IMG/VR virus record: IMGVR_UViG_3300042301_003333
Location: 1-55,966 of that record
Source: a virus
Taxonomy: Duplodnaviria; Caudoviricetes
Length of the DNA stretch: 55,966 bases
Direction: 5' to 3' (one strand)
Shown here: positions 23,827 through 32,575 of the stretch, piece by piece
Numbering within the stretch: the stretch's first letter is position 1
Layout: each line of letters begins with the position of its first letter
Program-made: the position numbers and the translations under genes
The notes under the pieces: model-generated
Databases searched by the model: none
Seen by the model: only the letters and a program-made list of their open reading frames with translations
Told to the model about the DNA's origin: nothing

Positions 23827-24238
23827 GGGCCTCCGTCGCGATGTAGTCGACGGACGGAGGCCCACCAAGGTCGCGACTCGGCAGCTCCAAGCGGAGCGCC
23901 ACACGACAGCGGCAGCAGTCGTGAGTCGCAACCGAGGCGATGTCCACCAGGCGTGGACTAGCAAACGCCTCGCATTGTGACCCTCGGAGAGGGTCACCTA
24001 CCGGCGGGGCTTCGGTCCGCGCCGGCACACGGGGGCAAACCCTGCGGCTTTTGCCGCATGGAACCGCCCCTGATAACTTGGACACGACGGCTTCGGCCGT
24101 CGGGCGTCGAGGGTTCCGAGCTTTGCTCGGACCTCACATGACGTGCGGCGCAGAAGCGTCGTCGGGAGCATCCGGGACAACCTCGGTCAATGGTTGGTTC
24201 GCTCCCGCGACACACACTCTGCGCCGCGTCTTTTTTTT
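23827..24238 (+). ncRNA. Candidate large structured non-coding RNA (~410 nt)
   Basis: At least nine consecutive helical domains, two C(UUCG)G tetraloops, final long stem followed by T8; no credible ORF. Confidence 0.65.
24140..24238 (+). terminator. Long stem plus U8, terminator-like 3' end of the structured element
   Basis: GCGGCGCAGA(24145-24154)/TCTGCGCCGC(24218-24227), then TTTTTTTT 24231-24238. Confidence 0.55.
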
Positions 24239-24249
24239 GAGGATTTCAC

Positions 24250-24531
24250 ATGGGTCGTCCGAGGAAGTACCCGCTCGCCGCGCCGGCAGACGCCGCCCAG
24301 GTCGAGTTCGTCGTCGAGCCGCCGCAGGCCGTCGAGGCCGCGCCGGTCGTCGAGCCGGTCGTCGTCGAGAAGCCGCGCGCGGGCCTCTACCGCGTGACGC
24401 GCGGCGTGTTCTTCAACCAGCACGGCGCGTCGCAGTGGCTTGCGGTAGGGACTCTCATTGACGAGTCCGTCGTGGGCGCGGCCCATATCGCGGAGCTCAA
24501 GAGGCATCGGATTCCGCTCGAGGAGGTGTAG
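24250..24531 (+). CDS. Small hypothetical protein following the MCP
   Basis: GAGGA RBS; MGRPRKYP... Confidence 0.7.
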   Translation: MGRPRKYPLAAPADAAQVEFVVEPPQAVEAAPVVEPVVVEKPRAGLYRVTRGVFFNQHGASQWLAVGTLIDESVVGAAHIAELKRHRIPLEEV

Positions 24532-24533
24532 CC

Positions 24534-24965
24534 GTGCCGTCCCTGCTCACCGACACCGAGAAGGCGCAGATCCGACAGATCCTCGGCTACCCGAACGTCT
24601 CTCGCCTCACGGCGCTGATGGAGCTCTCGCCTGCGCCGCGTCAGCTTTCGTTCCTGCTTGAGCCGGCGATGGACGCGCTGCTTCCGCAGGCGGTCGCCAT
24701 CGTGCGGCAACTCATCTGTCAGTGCGAGGCCATCGAGTGCCAGCTCGGGCAGAGCGCGGACCGCATGCAGGCCGCCTCGGTGGGCAACCTCAAGATGCGC
24801 GCCGACGAGCAGGACGCGCTCGAGAAGCTCTACGTCCGCTTCGGTCGCCGTCTCGCCGACGTCCTCGGCGTGCCGCCGTACCCGCTGTCTGTGCGCTACC
24901 AGACCGACCAGACCGTCAACCTCGGGCCGTACGCGGGCAACCTCCGCATGCGGATGATGAACTAG
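24534..24965 (+). CDS. Probable head-tail adaptor
   Basis: GGAGGT RBS; LTDTEKAQIRQILGYP; helical; gene order. Confidence 0.65.
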   Translation: MPSLLTDTEKAQIRQILGYPNVSRLTALMELSPAPRQLSFLLEPAMDALLPQAVAIVRQLICQCEAIECQLGQSADRMQAASVGNLKMRADEQDALEKLYVRFGRRLADVLGVPPYPLSVRYQTDQTVNLGPYAGNLRMRMMN

Positions 24966-24969
24966 CGCC

Positions 24970-25509
24970 ATGTCGTCCTGCGCCTCAAAGCCGAACCCCT
25001 ACGCGCCGCTGACCTTCGCGGAGATCGAGAAGTCGTTTGCGCGGAAGATGATCCCGCTCGCCGACTCGGCGCGGGCGCTCGGCGTGCGGATGGGCATCAA
25101 GACCTACGAGGTCCGCATCGTTCGCACCGCCTGGACGGGCGCGTTCCGTGGCGAGGGCATGGAGTACGTCGTCGAGGAGTACCAGTTGACGCCGACGCCT
25201 ATGCTCTCGGGCCTCGACGGCATCACTCAGGCGACGGAGAGCGTCGGACAGGTCGAGCAGGGCAACGTCACGCTCTCCGAGATCAGCGGCCGCTACACCG
25301 AAGACTTTTTGCGCGGCTTCGGGCAGGACGGCACCGCTCCGGGACCGAACGAGCAGGTCTATTACGAGGTCCGCTACCCGACCGCCGACGGCGACGGCAT
25401 CCGGCGTCGCTTCTATCTGAGGGCGGGGCCGGCCTACTACGCCGACACGGCCGAGTGGAAGCTCTCGCTCGAGCGGCAGATCGAAGACCGCCCGCCGGAG
25501 CGGTACTGA
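24970..25509 (+). CDS. Probable head closure/stopper protein
   Basis: Beta-rich; gene order in the neck module. Confidence 0.55.
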   Translation: MSSCASKPNPYAPLTFAEIEKSFARKMIPLADSARALGVRMGIKTYEVRIVRTAWTGAFRGEGMEYVVEEYQLTPTPMLSGLDGITQATESVGQVEQGNVTLSEISGRYTEDFLRGFGQDGTAPGPNEQVYYEVRYPTADGDGIRRRFYLRAGPAYYADTAEWKLSLERQIEDRPPERY

Positions 25510-26081
25510 TGGCGGAGACCGTTCGCATCCCCGTCGGTGACCTGCCGCGCTACATGCAGGCGCTCGGGTCGTCCTTTGGACCGGCGATTCTGCGCGGCCT
25601 GACGGGCGCTGCCGTGCGGTCGGTCGCGACCCTGTCGAACGAGACGAACCGCAAGCGCATCCGCGACACCGGCCGATACCTCAACGGCTGGGGGCACTCG
25701 CCCGCCATGCACCTCGGTCCGGTCGCCGCATCCATTCGCGTCTACAATGACGCGCCCTACTCGGGCATCATCGAGCTCGGCCGCCGCGCCGGTCGCAAGA
25801 TGCCGTGGGTCCGAAACACGCCGCTCGAGTCGCAGCCCATCTACCTTTGGTGCATCCGCCAGCTCGGCATGACCGCCGACGAGGCCGCAAAGGCCGCGCG
25901 CCCCATCGCCTGGTCCATCAAGCGCAAGGGCATCAAGGGCAAGTACGTCGTGCGCGACGTGCTGCGGCAACTCAGCAACGAGGGCGCGGAGGAGGTCATC
26001 AAGTCACTCGACCGTGCCGTGCGCGACGCATCGCGCCGCGTCGGAGCCGGTGCGCCTCGCCTGCCCGGCGGGAGTCCCTGA
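25509..26081 (+). CDS. Neck protein (HK97 gp10-like)
   Basis: DTGRYLNGW...NDAPYSGIIELGRRAG; TGATG-coupled. Confidence 0.7.
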   Translation: MAETVRIPVGDLPRYMQALGSSFGPAILRGLTGAAVRSVATLSNETNRKRIRDTGRYLNGWGHSPAMHLGPVAASIRVYNDAPYSGIIELGRRAGRKMPWVRNTPLESQPIYLWCIRQLGMTADEAAKAARPIAWSIKRKGIKGKYVVRDVLRQLSNEGAEEVIKSLDRAVRDASRRVGAGAPRLPGGSP

Positions 26082-26794
26082 TGTCCTCCTGTCCTCCGAA
26101 CCAAGCTCCGCTTTCACCGGTCATGAACGCGCCGGGACCGCTGTTCTACGGCGGCACCGACGTCAGACCGGTCTTGCGGAACAACACGCCGCCCGTCATC
26201 ACGAACCGGCACGAGACAGACGCCCGCACGGCGCTGACGCTCGGCCTCGCCATGTACCTGCGCGGCCTCGAGTTCGACGGCGGCGCGGGGCGCATCCTCG
26301 CATTCGGCAACCGCGTCTTCGAGTCGTACGCCGACCCCGAGGTGCAGGCCGCCTTTCCGTCGGCGCTCGTCTCGAGCGACACGCCGGGTACCTACGACTC
26401 CTCGAGGCTGACGCCAGGCGAGCCGGTCGACCGCGTGCAGTCCAACGAGGGGAACGCGCTCGTCTCGACGAGCGAGTTCGTCATGGACATGGTCATCGAC
26501 ATCTGGGCGACCGAGAGCCGCTCCCGCATGGCGCTCGTCGCCGGCATGGAGCAGGCGCTCAGCCCTACGGACTGGATGTACGGGCTGCGGCTCGACCTCC
26601 CGTTCTACTTTGGCGCTCGGGCGGGCTACGAGTTGACGAGCGTGCAGTACATCGACAGCGAGGAGTCGGCCACCCGCCGCTACCGGCGCGCGTCGATGGT
26701 CGTCTCGGGGCGCGTCCCCGTCTACCGATTCGCCGCGAAGCCGCTGGCTCGGCCTCGGCTCGCGCTCGACGTCACAACCGCCGCGTCGGAATAG
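26081..26794 (+). CDS. Probable tail terminator
   Basis: TGATG-coupled, directly before the sheath; IDIWA...SR motif. Confidence 0.6.
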   Translation: MSSCPPNQAPLSPVMNAPGPLFYGGTDVRPVLRNNTPPVITNRHETDARTALTLGLAMYLRGLEFDGGAGRILAFGNRVFESYADPEVQAAFPSALVSSDTPGTYDSSRLTPGEPVDRVQSNEGNALVSTSEFVMDMVIDIWATESRSRMALVAGMEQALSPTDWMYGLRLDLPFYFGARAGYELTSVQYIDSEESATRRYRRASMVVSGRVPVYRFAAKPLARPRLALDVTTAASE

Positions 26795-26818
26795 GAACGG
26801 CGCGGAAGGAGTATTCCC

Positions 26819-28819
26819 ATGGGCGCAGGCTTCATTCAGCGGTTCGGGTCGTTCCCGTCCGTTCAGCAGATTCAGACCATCGAAGGCGTCGTGATCATCG
26901 ACGGCGTCGGGCCGGCGCAGATTCAGGGCACCGGGACCGGCGTGGTCGGCATCGTCGGCGAGTTTGCTGACGTGTCGTACGCGGTGCAGGTCGAGGGCGG
27001 CAACGTCACCTCGGCGCCGCAGCCCGTCTTCGTGACCAGCGACGCCGACCTCGTCTCGAAGGTCGGTCCGTTCGACCCGACGCTCGGCCAGTTCGGCGGC
27101 GCGTGCGGCAACGGCCTCGCTGACATTCGCGGCAAGCGGTTCGCCGGGCTCGTCGTGGCGCCCATCAACCTCGCCTCGTCGAAGGCCGTCCGCCTCGTGC
27201 GCGACCTGCCGACGAACGCCTCGGCGTCGAACCCCTCGCCGGTCGTCCCGATGGTCGGCGCGACCGTCGTCGCCGGTACGCTGTTCCAGGACAACGCGGC
27301 CGAGAAGCAGACGAAGTCCGCCGGCGCGGTCGTCTTCTCGTCGGTCGGGGCGTACGCCTCCGGCGTCGACGGCGTGTCCGTCGCCGGCGGCGCCTCGGGC
27401 GGCCAGCTCTTCAATAGCGCGGGCGGCGCGTTCGTGACGAACGGCGTGTCGGTCGGCGACGCCATCGTCATCGGCGTTCTCGGGACCGACGACGACGCCG
27501 GCACCTATCGCGTGCGGCAGGTCGTCTCGGAGACGCAGCTCGTCGTCGGGCAGCTCGACGGGACCAACTTTTCGTGGGCCGGTGACACGGCGCTCCCGTG
27601 GCGTATCCACGTCGCGGCGACGGCCGACTCGGGCGCGGGCCTGTTCTCGGCGGTAACGCAGTTCACCGTGCCTGCGCGTCCCATCATGGAGAGCGTGGCG
27701 AACGACGTCGTCCTGACGCCGGCCGTGCCCGCCGCTGCGGCGACGGCGACCTCGTGGCAGCCGCTCTCCGGCCTCAAGCTCTGCACGCAGCCCGGCTCGG
27801 GCAACGGTCTGGCCTACACGGCCGCCGTGCAGGCGCCCAACGCGGCGAACAGCACCGAGATCCTCGCGAAATACGGCGAGGTTCTCTCCGCGCTCGAGAG
27901 CGACAGCGACCCGGCGAACACCATCAACATCGTGATGTGCTCGCGCGCCGCGCGGCTCAACGCCTACAACCTGCGGCAGCTCGCCGTGAACCGATCGCAG
28001 GCCGGCCTCGGCATGGTTGCGGTCGTGGCGCCGGGTCTCGCCTGCCAGACGCTTGGCGAGGCCACCTCCTCGAGCTCGGGCGCGACGACGGACCAGGTCT
28101 TCGGTGTGGCGGCCATCGACGCCGCCGGCCGCTCGGACCGCGTCATCTACACCTGGACCGGCGTGCGTCAGTACAACGCCGACGCGGTCGGTATCAGCAT
28201 CGCCACCGCTACGGGCGGTTCGACGACCGACGGCGTGCTCGACCTGACCGCCGCCGGCCACCTGTGCTCGGTGCTCTCGCTCATCCAGCCGGAGCGCAAC
28301 CCCGGCGAGCTGACCGACGTCACTCAGTCGGCGCTCTCGACGGTGCTCGGGCAGCAGCGCGGCGCGCCGGTCCTGACGCGGGCCGACTACGAGGTCATGA
28401 AGTCCTTCGGCATCTGCGGCATCCGTATCGACCGCTCGAGCGGGCCGGTCTTCCAATCGGGCATCACGACGAGCCTGACCTCGGGCCGCACGCGCATCAG
28501 CCGCCGCCGGATGGCCGACTTCATCCAGGACAGCCTCGCGCGTCAGTACAACCTGTACGTCAAGCAGCTCATGAGCGAGAACATCAAGACCGCGCTCATC
28601 ACCGAGACGGACGGGTTCCTCGCGGGCCTGCTGGCGCGGGCGACGCCGAACCTGCAGCGCATCGCGGGCTACACGGTCGACTCGACCGGCGGCAACACGC
28701 CGGAGCTCGAGGCGCAGGGCATCTACGTCATCGGCGTCGCGGTTCGTCTGCTCTCGGAAATGGACAACATCGTCCTGTCCAGCCAGATCGGCGAGAACGT
28801 GGTTGTCACGGTGGTCTAG
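26819..28819 (+). CDS. Contractile tail sheath protein
   Basis: EGVVIID...TGVVGIVGEF N-terminus; SGITT...ISRRRMADFIQDSL C-terminus. Confidence 0.9.
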   Translation: MGAGFIQRFGSFPSVQQIQTIEGVVIIDGVGPAQIQGTGTGVVGIVGEFADVSYAVQVEGGNVTSAPQPVFVTSDADLVSKVGPFDPTLGQFGGACGNGLADIRGKRFAGLVVAPINLASSKAVRLVRDLPTNASASNPSPVVPMVGATVVAGTLFQDNAAEKQTKSAGAVVFSSVGAYASGVDGVSVAGGASGGQLFNSAGGAFVTNGVSVGDAIVIGVLGTDDDAGTYRVRQVVSETQLVVGQLDGTNFSWAGDTALPWRIHVAATADSGAGLFSAVTQFTVPARPIMESVANDVVLTPAVPAAAATATSWQPLSGLKLCTQPGSGNGLAYTAAVQAPNAANSTEILAKYGEVLSALESDSDPANTINIVMCSRAARLNAYNLRQLAVNRSQAGLGMVAVVAPGLACQTLGEATSSSSGATTDQVFGVAAIDAAGRSDRVIYTWTGVRQYNADAVGISIATATGGSTTDGVLDLTAAGHLCSVLSLIQPERNPGELTDVTQSALSTVLGQQRGAPVLTRADYEVMKSFGICGIRIDRSSGPVFQSGITTSLTSGRTRISRRRMADFIQDSLARQYNLYVKQLMSENIKTALITETDGFLAGLLARATPNLQRIAGYTVDSTGGNTPELEAQGIYVIGVAVRLLSEMDNIVLSSQIGENVVVTVV

Positions 28820-28921
28820 GTGCTAGAGACTGAGTGACGCCGCGCCACCCGCCGAGGGTGGAATAGGGCGCACGGTGACCCGACGAGGGGCCGTGCGCCC
28901 TTCGTCTTTTCGGAGGTTCCC

Positions 28922-29353
28922 ATGCCCAGCTATCGCGTTCGTGGACAGGAAGTGTCGGTGCAGGTCGTCCAGAACGGCAAGATCGTTGCCGAGCTCACGG
29001 ACGTGAAGTCCTTCGACGTCGAGTTCCAGATGGACGTCATGAAGGAGGGCTACCTCGGCGAGTTCACCGACCGCCGCGACGACATGTTCAAGGGCATCTC
29101 GGGCAAGATCGAGTTCCACATCGAGAACAACGCGCCCTTCGACTTCATCAACGCCATCGTGCAGCGGTCGCAGTCGCGCGTGAAGGGCACGCAGTTCAAC
29201 GTGCAGTCGACCATCAACCTCCCGAACGGGCAGGTCAAGCGGCTGCTCGTGAACGACATTTTCTTCTCGAACGTCCCGGTGAACGTCTCGGGCCGCTCGG
29301 ACTACGTCACCTATTCGCTGCCCTACGAGGCGGCGGAAGGCAAGTTCCTGTAA
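28922..29353 (+). CDS. Tail tube protein
   Basis: 143-aa beta-rich protein after the sheath; GGAGGT RBS. Confidence 0.8.
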   Translation: MPSYRVRGQEVSVQVVQNGKIVAELTDVKSFDVEFQMDVMKEGYLGEFTDRRDDMFKGISGKIEFHIENNAPFDFINAIVQRSQSRVKGTQFNVQSTINLPNGQVKRLLVNDIFFSNVPVNVSGRSDYVTYSLPYEAAEGKFL

Positions 29354-29409
29354 GACCGACCGAGGAAGCGCAAGACCAGGGGTAACCACTAGCCGTCAGG
29401 GAGACGCGC

Positions 29410-29772
29410 ATGATTCCGGGAACCGACAACTCACGACCCGTCTACACCTACCAGATCCCCGCCAAGCTCGCGGCCGAGGCCGAGGTCTCGAGCGTGACGC
29501 TCGTGCACCTCACGGCGGCCGAGGAGCTGCAGGCGGCGAAGCGCGCGGGCGGCACCGACGCGATGCGGCTGGCTCAGGAGCTCGCGAAGGCGTGCCTGCA
29601 CGGCCTCAACGGCAAGACGCTGTCGCCGGTGAACAACGAGAAGGAGGCGGCGTGGCACAAGCTGCATCCGAAGATCCGCTCGCTGGTGCTGTCGGCGTAC
29701 GCGAAGTTGCACTCCCCGGACAACGAGGACGTCGACTCTTTTCTCGCCAGCGAGGTCATCGAAGCGGCCTGA
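29410..29772 (+). CDS. Tail assembly chaperone
   Basis: 120 aa between tube and tape measure. Confidence 0.75.
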   Translation: MIPGTDNSRPVYTYQIPAKLAAEAEVSSVTLVHLTAAEELQAAKRAGGTDAMRLAQELAKACLHGLNGKTLSPVNNEKEAAWHKLHPKIRSLVLSAYAKLHSPDNEDVDSFLASEVIEAA

Positions 29773-29993
29773 GCCTCGCGGAGCTCGCCGTCGCACTTGA
29801 CGCGGTGAGCGTGGCCGAGCGCGTCGCGGCCGTCTGGCGGCTGCTCGCCTTCGTCGGACGATACGGGCATCAGTCGGTCGACGCGCTCCTGCGGATGACC
29901 ATCGCCGACCTCGCGGCGTTCTCGCTGGCCCTACAGGAGCTCATGAACAAAGAGGGCGATCCTCTTCGTGAGCGCATCGCGGCGGGTGGCTGA
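29739..29993 (+). CDS. Probable -1-frame extension of the tail assembly chaperone
   Basis: -1 frame open to TGA 29991-29993, coupled to the TMP start; WRLLAFVGRYGHQSVDALLRMT; start coordinate is the putative slip site. Confidence 0.55.
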   Translation, partial: FSRQRGHRSGLSLAELAVALDAVSVAERVAAVWRLLAFVGRYGHQSVDALLRMTIADLAAFSLALQELMNKEGDPLRERIAAGG

Positions 29994-31432
29994 TGGCTGT
30001 CACGAACATCGTCGACCTGGTCTTCAAGGTCACCGACAACGCAACCGGACCGGCCAACCGGCTGAGCGGTGCCATGTCGGGGCTCTCGTCAGCGGCTCGC
30101 ATCGCGGCGGGTGCTCTCGGCGCCATCGGCGTCGGCGTCGGCATCAAAGAGGTCATCGGCCTCAGTTCCGACTACGAAAAGCAGGTGCTCAACATCGCCT
30201 CGAAGCTGCGCGCCTTCGGCTTCGCGGGTCCGTTCGAGGAGGCCGAACTCGCGACGCGCTCGGCGCTCAAGAGCATCGAGGACTTGGCGGCCAAGCTGCC
30301 CGGCGAGGCGGCTGACTACACGACGGTCTTCACGCAGATCATGCCGAAGGCGATTGCCTCTGGCATGACCAACATGAAGGACATTGTCGACTTCACGGCG
30401 CGCTACACGGCTGGAATCAGCGGCAGCGGCATCGACGCAGGGCAAGCGGCGATGGACATGGTCCGCATGCTCAGTGGGCAGGCGGGCGCCGACGTCCGCA
30501 CGTTCACCGAACAGATCCGCGACCTCCTGCCGGTGCAGTTGCAGTCGGCCGAGGCGTTCAACAATCTCTCGGCCGAGGCTCGCCGCGTCGAACTCGATAA
30601 GGTGTTCAAGTCGACGGCCATCGCCGAGAAAATGACGAAGGCCGCCGACACGCTCGACAGCAAGCTCGGCGAGGTCATCTCCAAGGTCAAGGCGATGATT
30701 CGCGAGTCGAGCAAGCCAATGTTCGAGGGCGCGAAGCGACTGCTCGAGGAGCTGAGCAAGTTCATCACGGACAACGAGGCGCAGATCCTCGGGCTCGGCA
30801 AGCTCATCGGGCAGGGGCTACAGGACGCGGTCGCGCTCGCGCTGCCGGCGCTGCAGTTCATGCTGCGGCACCTTGAGGGCATCGCCCGCGTCATGGCGGT
30901 CGTCTTCGGGTTCTGGGCCGGCTCGCAGTTGACGGCGATGCTGTCGGGGCTTGGCGCCCTCGCAAAGCAGATTCAAATCCTGTACGGCGCGATGCGCGCG
31001 TTTGGCGTCATGACCGCAGTCACCGGCATGATTCAAGAGGCGATGGGCAAGGGCTGGGTCGGAATCGCGAGCGCGCTCGGAAAGGCGGCTGTCGTCGGTG
31101 GCGCAGTTGGTCTTGCGCTGTACGAGGTCAACAAGGCGTTCGACAAGATGGGCGAGAAGCCGCTCGCGCTGCCAAAGCTCGAGGACATCACGCTTCCGAA
31201 GGTCGAGATTCCTGAGCCCGCCGCGAAGAAGAAGGAAGAGGGCGAGAAGGTCCGCAAGGGTCCACCGAAGGCCGAGGTGTACATCGAGAACGCCCGATTC
31301 GACATCAAGCAGGCGTTCGCCGAGGGCTTCGACCCGGACCGTATCGCGGCGGCGTTCGTCGAGCAGATCGGCTCGACGACGATGTACATGGGGCAGTCGT
31401 CGTTCGCGGCCGCTGCGACGGCGGGGGCATAA
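29993..31432 (+). CDS. Tape measure protein (short, 479 aa)
   Basis: FKVTDNATGP start; Ala/Gly helical with hydrophobic segments; gene order. Confidence 0.8.
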   Translation: MAVTNIVDLVFKVTDNATGPANRLSGAMSGLSSAARIAAGALGAIGVGVGIKEVIGLSSDYEKQVLNIASKLRAFGFAGPFEEAELATRSALKSIEDLAAKLPGEAADYTTVFTQIMPKAIASGMTNMKDIVDFTARYTAGISGSGIDAGQAAMDMVRMLSGQAGADVRTFTEQIRDLLPVQLQSAEAFNNLSAEARRVELDKVFKSTAIAEKMTKAADTLDSKLGEVISKVKAMIRESSKPMFEGAKRLLEELSKFITDNEAQILGLGKLIGQGLQDAVALALPALQFMLRHLEGIARVMAVVFGFWAGSQLTAMLSGLGALAKQIQILYGAMRAFGVMTAVTGMIQEAMGKGWVGIASALGKAAVVGGAVGLALYEVNKAFDKMGEKPLALPKLEDITLPKVEIPEPAAKKKEEGEKVRKGPPKAEVYIENARFDIKQAFAEGFDPDRIAAAFVEQIGSTTMYMGQSSFAAAATAGA

Positions 31433-32575
31433 ATGGCGCTGCCTCAATTCACCATCACGACGCTCGACCGGACGACGCCGAGCCAGCTTGTGCTCTCGGG
31501 CCGCGCGCTGCCGTACCGCCCGATCACGCTCGAGGGTACGCAGGAACTCGAGGTCGTCTGGTATCCGGGCTTCCCGAACGCGACGGCACAGGCGCTCGGG
31601 CCGCACGAGGAGAAGACGACCATCAAGGGCTTCTGGAAGGACCGCTTCCTCCAGGCGGTCGACGTCGGCACGGCGCCCGCGAAGCTCGACGGGCGGGACG
31701 TGAACTCGGCGGCGGAGCTCGTCGAAGCTGCCGACTCGTTCCGGCGCCTCGGCTACGAGGTGCAGGTCACTTGGCAGACCGTCACGCGCATCGGCTTCAT
31801 CACGCGGCTGTCGCAGTCGTGGCACACCGAGCACGACTGCGAGTTTGAGATTGAGTTCACCTGGACGGGTCGCGTCCAGACGCCCATCACGTCGGTCCTT
31901 CCGGTCGGCCAGAACTACACCGACTACGCGAACCGGCTCACGACGGCGCTGGTCGACTCGGGCGCGTATCAGACGACGCAGACGGCGCTCGGGTCGCTGA
32001 ACTCGGCGGTGGCAACGGCCTTCTCTGTCTCGCAGGACGTCGGCACGGTCGTGAGCCTCGCCCTCGGCCAGATCGCGAACGCGACGCAGGCGCTCACGAA
32101 CCTGTCGGCAAACGTCGCGACGGCGGCGCAGATTCCCGCCGGCGCGGTGTCGCAGGCGACGGGCATCCTCTCGGGGCTTGCGCGGTCCTACACGACGGTT
32201 GCCGAGTCGCTCGAGCGCACCGAGTCGACGGTCAAGGCAGGACTGACGACGCTCGCCCTGCAGGCGACCGGCGGCAACCTGTTTGCGGCGCAGCTCGTCG
32301 CGGACACGCAGTACTCGGAGACGACCAATACCTACCGAGGGCTCGCGCAGCAGGCGACGGAGTGGGCGCAGCAGTCGCAGGCCGTTGACGCGCCCGCGCC
32401 TGACTGGATTTACGTCGCGGGGCAGGACGACGACCTGCGGCGGGTGGCGACGCTCTACTACGGCGACCCGGCATCGTGGGTCCGCCTCGCCGAGTACAAC
32501 GGACTCTCGTCGTCGCTGCTCACGCCGGGCCAGCAGGTCAACGTGCCGCCGACGCAGCAGCCGAGGGCCGCATGA
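31433..32575 (+). CDS. Tail tube initiator / baseplate protein with C-terminal LysM-like domain
   Basis: DDLRRVATLYYGDPASWVRLAEYNGL...PGQQVNVP. Confidence 0.8.
   Translation: MALPQFTITTLDRTTPSQLVLSGRALPYRPITLEGTQELEVVWYPGFPNATAQALGPHEEKTTIKGFWKDRFLQAVDVGTAPAKLDGRDVNSAAELVEAADSFRRLGYEVQVTWQTVTRIGFITRLSQSWHTEHDCEFEIEFTWTGRVQTPITSVLPVGQNYTDYANRLTTALVDSGAYQTTQTALGSLNSAVATAFSVSQDVGTVVSLALGQIANATQALTNLSANVATAAQIPAGAVSQATGILSGLARSYTTVAESLERTESTVKAGLTTLALQATGGNLFAAQLVADTQYSETTNTYRGLAQQATEWAQQSQAVDAPAPDWIYVAGQDDDLRRVATLYYGDPASWVRLAEYNGLSSSLLTPGQQVNVPPTQQPRAA

Noticed and set aside
23827-24238. tRNA cluster, tmRNA, RNase P RNA or group I/II intron
   Set aside because: No TTCGA T-loop cloverleaf, tag reading frame, GAGGAAAGUCC motif or intron core recognised by eye; an Rfam search is still needed
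23940-24461. 173-aa + strand ORF across the structured region
   Set aside because: Atypical codon usage, no motifs, and out-of-frame overlap with the well-supported 24250 gene
26114-28456. Long minus-strand ORFs (also 12835-14664, 32905-34893, 44672-47473 and most of 53981-55906)
   Set aside because: Antisense shadows caused by high GC3 codon bias of the real + strand genes
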